Shown here one piece after another: positions 57,756-64,000 of a stretch of DNA of 64,000 nt. The notes under the pieces are model-generated. The model saw only the letters and a program-made list of their open reading frames with translations, ran no database searches and was not told where the DNA came from. The stretch's first letter is position 1. The number at the start of each line of letters is the position of its first letter. The position numbers and the translations under genes are program-made. The stretch comes from Vicugna vicugna. Lineage: Eukaryota. The stretch covers positions 3,769,967 to 3,833,966 of the forward strand of contig MU058636.1 in the NCBI GenBank assembly GCA_013265495.1, given 5' to 3'.

Positions 57756-60089
57756 GCAAAGTGTCAAAATACAACTGCCCTCCGCCTGGATCCTGCAGTG
57801 TTTCCTGTGTTTTCTGTCTTGATTACAGCCTCCGTCTCATCACTCAACTTGAGAACCTTGGAAATCTCTGTGGTTGCTTCCTCTCTACCTCACCTTCTAC
57901 ATCCAATTACTGACCAGTCCTGGTCCCCTTTCTCCTCTCCCTTCTGCAATACTGTCCCAGTGTGGGGCCCCACAACTTCTTACATATTCTAGTTGGCTGG
58001 CTCATCGCCTCCAGTCTCTCCTCTTTGCAGTTTGGCCCACAAGCTCTGGTCAGATTTGACTATGCTCTGCTCACAATCTTGAACAAATGGTATTTGGCTC
58101 CTATCCCAATGGGTCAAGGCCTTTTTGGACACTGATGCTTGTCACACGATCTGCACTCTGTGCCAGCTTCCTTGAAGTACAAAAGTGATCAGCATCACCA
58201 TTGTTTTCTGGTTTTCATCCAAGGTGATGTTACGGCACTGGCTGGCTCTCTCAAGACATGGTTCATCCATCACAGTAAGCCCCATGCTGCCCCAGATGAG
58301 CTTTCTCACTTACAGGACAGAATCCCAGCCAGCCTTCAGTGCCTTAGTACTGCCAATTCCATTTGGGTCAAGAGTGCACTGAGTAAAAAGCGGCCTGCCT
58401 TCTTTCCTTAGCCGAGTTCTGAATTGGGAGCACTGAGGATCCATCTGCTTGCTTGTTTCTGGAAGGCTGACATCTAGAAAAGAAGCCTCTAACATCAATA
58501 ACCAGAGACACATCCAGTGTGATCTCTTATCCTACTGGCCTTTCTCTCTTTTGCACTGATTGGCCCCTTGTGGACAGCTGTCACTGGTCTCAGTCTCCTC
58601 ATCACCTTTCATAACTGGGACTCCATGATCCTCTCCACTTTGAAGGGGAAAACCAGGAGATTTATTCCATGCTTTAATCCTGCTGCGATCTGGAGGGGGC
58701 GAAAATATGGACGAGGGAGAATCATTAGGATTCAGAATACCAAGACTTGTCAGAAATTGACTCACTTGTAATAATGCTTTGCAATTTAGAAAACTTCAGA
58801 GAAAGGAAACCTGGAGCCAGTCCGAGCACTGCTGGGTGTTTCCGGTTTCTGGTGCCCGTGTTCTTTCCGGCAGCATGTGCTGAGTTCGCCCGGTGTCTGG
58901 GGCCCCGTCCTCAGCACTGTATGACAGCTTCGGGTTATTAGATGTGACGAAATGCTCTCCTGAATCCCTGGGCGGCAGCTAGTCAGATAAAGCTCCTCTA
59001 ACCCTAACTCCCAAGTGAGATGAGAGCCTTGCTGCCCTTGTTGACAATAAAACACACGGATTAGCTACAGAGATTTCTGAAGAAGGGAGGAACTTATCAG
59101 TCCCAAATTGGGCCTCTTTGCATCTTAAAAAGAAATCAAAGATAGCCTCTTTGAAAACCTCGATCTTTCCAGATCCTTATCGCTCATTTCTATCGCTGCT
59201 ACTGCGGCGCAGTGAAGTGTTTCAGATGCCTCCAACTCCAGGAATCTGGCCTCTTGCCGGAGGTGCAGAGTGACATGAATAACTTCTGGGCTCTGATACT
59301 CGGGATGGGTGTGTTTCTGGGATTTTTTTTTTTTTTTAGCAGAAATACCACCGGAGTCTCTCAGAGCAGTCAGCGACTGTACACTTTGAGGCAGACTCAG
59401 AGCCTCCTTTTGGGGTAACAGCAGAGTAGAGATCTCCATGTAAGGCAGTTCTTGCCATTTCTTCAAGTCTTGTTGTAAGAAAAACTATGCTAACATCCAG
59501 GGGCAAAGATTTGTGAAAGATAAGCCAGGGGTGCCCCGCAGTTTGTTTCCCCTGATTTTCATGTACTTAGAATAATGTAGCAAGTGTCAATCTTAGTCTG
59601 TAACCTTGGATGTGCAAGAAATAGAACCTTACTTCATTTTCCAAAACTCAAGTTCAATTCTATTGAGCTCCCCACCATAATATTAGTCATTGCAGTCATT
59701 GCACCACCGACATGGTGCCACGGTTCAGGGACCCACTGGGGGGAAGCCGTCATCAAGACCCCTTCAGGCCTGTGGCCATCTCATACACAGGGCTCTGCAC
59801 AAGGCTGCAGGTGGCACATCTGCCTGGAGCTCCAGGCGGCCACTTCTCTCCTGCTCCTGAGGAACCGCTGCTCCGCCTGGCAGCCCCTCTGGGAAGCTGG
59901 GCTGGGTGCCCACTAGAACCCTCAGCCTCTGTCCTTGTGGCTCTTCTTCTGCTCTTCCTGCTTTCCCCAGCCCAGAGAGACTCTCCTGTTCCAGGGGAAA
60001 TCCTCCCCGCTTTATGCTTCCTCCACGCCACTCTGTCCCTACTAGGACCCTCCTGCTCGCCCACCCTGCTCCAGGCCTCTGCATGCCTT

Positions 60090-60620
60090 GCTGCTCTTTG
60101 AATATCCCAAGCACATTTGCACCTCAGGGCCTTTGCACCTGCCATCTTCTTCTCCAGGGCTAACCTTCCCTTCTGAATTCCATGTGGCTCAATCCAGTGT
60201 CACCTACTCCTCTGAGAGGCCTCTCTGACCATGAGGATACATTCTGCACATCACCCCACTCCCAGACCCAGAATTCCTTATTGCCCTCACCCTGCTTTAA
60301 TGATTTTTTAATTGAGATATAGTTGATGTGCAGCACTGTATAAGTTACAGGTGTACAACACAGTGACTCACAGTTTTTAAAGGTTATAGTGCATTTATAG
60401 TTATTGTGAAATGTTGGCTATATTCCTCTCCTTGCTTTATTTCCATAGCAAGTATCATCATCTGACATATGATATATTTATTTTGTTATTTATTTATTAC
60501 CTATCTCCTCACTAGAATATCAGTGCCACAGTGGCAGTGCTTTCTCGCTTCTATCCCGTCAGCATAGAACAGTGCTGGGCACATGGTGTATATTCAGTAA
60601 ATATTTGAAGAATGAAGGAA
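60090..60620 (+). mobile_element. L2 3' fragment interrupted by an L1 piece
   Basis: cctcagggcctttgcacctgc...agaacagtgctgggcacatgg...taaatatttgaagaatgaa. Confidence 0.75.
60304..60426 (-). mobile_element. Short L1 3' end inserted into an L2
   Basis: ttttttaattgagatatagttga...; flanks ctcaccctgctttaat / ctctccttgctttatt resemble a TSD. Confidence 0.7.
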
Positions 60621-61029
60621 TAAATGGCAGGCAGCAGGGAAGGTGCAGCCAGATCACTGGGACCAAGAAAGGGAGACTTGTGGCCTCCAGGTCCGGCTGT
60701 GACACCGGCTGAGGCTTGGAGGCCAAGCAGGCGAGGGTGAGCGGGGAAGGTGGGTGCAGCGTGCAGGCCAGACACCGGCATCCAGCTCGAACAAATACAG
60801 CACAGAAGGCACTAGTAGGCTTGTGGGTGGGAGGACGGGGCAGAGCTCACTAGGCACCACTTGGGGAGGGACTGGAGTGGGGAGCTGCTGTGAGCCACAG
60901 GGGTCCCAGGCGAGGCTGGAGTCTACGCGGTGGGGCCCGGTGTGCATGGGGAGTTCAGTGTGGCCAGCCCGGGACACGCGGCTGTGTCAGCAACGGAGAT
61001 CAGTGGAGCTCCTTATGGGCCCGACACTG

Positions 61030-62560
61030 CTCTGGGCACATGGGCTATGTTAAGTGAATAAAATAAGCAAGGACCCTTACTCTAGTGGAACCTGGCTTCC
61101 TGATAATAAACCGTCAACATAACAGATGATTATGTAAGATGTTAGAAAGTGGTAAGTGCTATGAAGAAAGAAGGAGCAGCTGAGGGCATCAGAAAATTCA
61201 AGACGCTCAGCGTGTGCATGTTGGGGGGGTGGGAGTCATATGCTAATGAGCATAAAGAGGTGGAGTCAAAGCCACAAGGCCGGTGGATGCGCTGGCAGAT
61301 GGCGTCCATGCAGGTAGCAAGGGCTGAGTCCTGGGCCCTCAAACCTGGGTGACCAGCATCAAGTGCAGCTGCTAGAAAGACGAGGACCCAGACTTTCCAC
61401 TGGCGGTCACTGCAGTTTGTCCAAGGTGGACAAGCCAGATGGGAATGCTGTTGAGTGGGGATAGGAGGAGAGAAATGGAGGTAACAGGAGCAGCTCCTCT
61501 CTAGTAACTTTTCTGTAAAGGGAAGGAGGAAAATGAGATGACAGTGGGGTGCGGTCCAGGGGTCGAAACAAGTCTTTTTAATTTTCCGTGATGACAGAAG
61601 TCAGAGCACGTTTATGTGCCGATGGGAATGATCCAGGTTATCCACGGTGCAGGAGAGATCGGGGGGGAGTGCTGAATGGCAGCCTTGGGGAGGCGAGAGG
61701 GGATGGGACCCAGTGCCCAAGTGAAGGGCTGACCCCAGGGAGGAGCCTGGGACCCAAAGGAAGCCCCAGTGGGTGGGTCCGTGTGCAGTGGGCTCTGGGG
61801 AGGGTCTCTTTTGAGGATTTCCATTTCCTGATGACTCGGGAAGCAAGGTCTTCATCTGAGAATGGGCATCGGGAAGAGATGAGATTTGTAGAGCAAAGTT
61901 AGTGTGAAATGGCCTTGGAGAGTGGGAGACAAGGGAGGGCTGCCAGGAAACACGAAGAACTTCCTTGTGGTTTGTGGTCACGGATTTGAAGTCAGACCAC
62001 TCGGCACAGTGGTGTGGTTTGTCTCCAGCCACATTTTCACGGGCATGTGTGCAGGGGTAGGTGGAAAGTCAATTTGAACCAGGGGTGTACTTTTGCAGAG
62101 AGAAAACAACAGCGAAAGAGAGAGTTAGGGGTGTATATGAGGAAGCGGCTATAACTGACCGTGGAATTTAAGCCGGATATGACAGAAAGTGAGGCACGGA
62201 AGGGTCAGGGACAGTGAAAATGTGTTGGGATCAATGGATTGAAAGTCCTAGAGTTACAGCTGGAATGTATTGTGAATAAAGTAGAAAGACTGGAGGTGAG
62301 ATGTTTGAAATGGAGGATCTGGAGGGGTTCCAGGAATTACTGAAGACAAAAATCTAATGGTACAACCATGGCAGTGAGTGGTTGAAGTATGGTAGACGAC
62401 AAGGCCATTGAGAGGTAGGTCAAGGAAATGAGAAACTGGTGGATGGGAGAGATTATTTATGATTGAGATTAAAATCCCAAGAATTATCAAAAAGTTGTGT
62501 TGAAGGAGAATGACAATGTGTGCAAGGAGCTGAATTTTATATTTTAAATCTATGAAAATA
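61030..62560 (-). mobile_element. Long degraded L2 region
   Basis: Purine-rich; gggtgaccagcatcaagtgcagctg, gtggaatttaagccggat, gattaaaatcccaagaatta. Confidence 0.6.
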
Positions 62561-62869
62561 TGAAGTACAGAGAAAACTGGGGATCCAAATAAGTCTTTTT
62601 GATAGTTTAGTGGCGTGCCTCTGATTTTTGTCTTTTTGAGGGACATGTATGATTTTTGTTGTTGTAATTTACTCAACTGCCCAAATGTTTCTTAATAGTT
62701 CCAGCATCATGCCTGGGCTGAACTGGTCTTTGCTGGTGAAAGGTATGTCAGATCTTTGCAGGTGAATATGTCTGCATCACAGGAATACCTTGGCCATGAG
62801 GAACTTGACTCTTTACTATCTGTCTCACTTCCTCTCTGTCTGAGGAAGAAGTAGACTGGTAGCTAATTG

Positions 62870-63725
62870 AATATTTCTAGAAATAATCTTAACAAGAAAT
62901 GTGTAAGGTATAACTAGAGCAATAACAACCTTTCTAAAAACGTAAAAGAAAATCCAAACAAATAGGGAACAACTATGTTCCTGGGTAGGAAAATTCAATA
63001 TTGTGATGACGTCATCTCCCCCCAAATTAAAAGTCAAATTCAATGGAATTCCAACCAAAATACCTAAGAGATTGTTTTGAAGCTCAGCAAGTTGATTCTT
63101 AAGTTCATCTGGAAGAGTAAATATGTGAAAATAGTCCAGAAAATGTTGAACAGGAATAACAAGGAAAGACTGGAACTACCAGTTATCAAAGCAAGCTGTT
63201 AAGTTACGGTAAAGGAAAGAGGTAAAATTCTGATGCACAGGAGAGACAAACAGATCGATGGCATACCTGTGTGTACAGGGGAAGCAGTATTTGGTAAAAC
63301 AAGCGCTTCAAATGGGCGGGAGGACAGTCAAACAAGTAATTGTTGGCTATTTCTTCAGGGGAAAAAAAAATCAAGTCCTTAAATCGCAATATACATAAAA
63401 GTAAATTCCAAGTAAAGGTCTAAATATTTTTAAAGTGGATACTGGAAGAAAATAGAAGAGAACATCTTAATAATAATGGAGGTGAAAAAGTCTTTTGCAA
63501 AAGGAGAACTCTAATCGCTGAGGTCCAGAAAAGATTAAATAACAGATCTGACTGCAAAACCTAAGGAATATTCTATGCAGTAAAAGATTAAAGTGTAAGA
63601 ACTTCCAGAATAAGCAAAAAATCCATTTATTTGTGTTTTTATTTATTAATAACCTTGTCATTTGAAAGAGGATTTGGGGACTCTTGCTGTTAGCAATGAA
63701 TATAGAATAGAATAAGAGACAATAC
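62870..63725 (+). mobile_element. Old L1 ORF2 fragment
   Basis: atgttcctgggtaggaaaattcaatattgtga, ttgattcttaagttcatctggaa. Confidence 0.8.
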
Positions 63726-64000
63726 ACATACACACAGACGAATGAGGGCTAAGGCAAAAAATTTATATAGGAAGACAAAGTCAGTGAACTAAATATATTT
63801 CATGACTCCCTAAACAAGTTTTAGAAATGAATAGCATATTTTTCTTTGAGTTTCCTAGAAGCCGGAAAACAGAGGGAAACAACACCCACTGGCCAGTTCC
63901 TAGTGTCCAGAAGACAACAGTTAAGGTGTTTAGGACATGCACAGATTTCTGATGCTGACACAGGAAAGAAATGTCTTTGGTAGGTCCCTTCTGTCTTTGG

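Noticed and set aside
59125..59466. 113-aa minus-strand ORF with some CpG retention
   Set aside because: Crosses a poly-T run, has no recognisable family and no convincing exon chain.

Overview
Mammalian genomic DNA, most likely a camelid (alpaca/camel). Evidence: two tRNA-derived Vic-1-type SINEs and a ~460-bp Tigger1 derivative; I saw no Alu, B1, Bov-tA or PRE SINEs. The six-frame ORF track is almost all noise because the real genes are spliced. (1) A complete, intact 7-exon TEX26 (C13orf26) gene lies on the + strand: CDS 2291-21768, 870 nt, 289 aa, all introns GT-AG. (2) The 5' part of a second + strand gene starts at a CpG island near 36 kb. It encodes an EF-hand-like region followed by WD40-type sequence. 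By synteny with the human MEDAG-TEX26-WDR95P-HSPH1 region and by family resemblance it is WDR95. It carries an in-frame TAG at 52190-52192, so it looks like a young pseudogene. However, a better splice donor upstream of the stop could remove it in frame, and a candidate 8-nt microexon would complete an open N-terminus. The rest is L1, L2, MIR, MLT1 LTRs, a Charlie transposase fossil, MER5A, MER53, Tigger1 and microsatellites. There are also several unexplained local duplications, a fold-back repeat and a set of RFX X-box motifs. Gene and repeat names come from recalled sequence knowledge, not database searches, and repeat boundaries are approximate. I found no prokaryote-type system (CRISPR, operon) and no clearly new biological system; the WDR95 splice/stop situation is the best lead.
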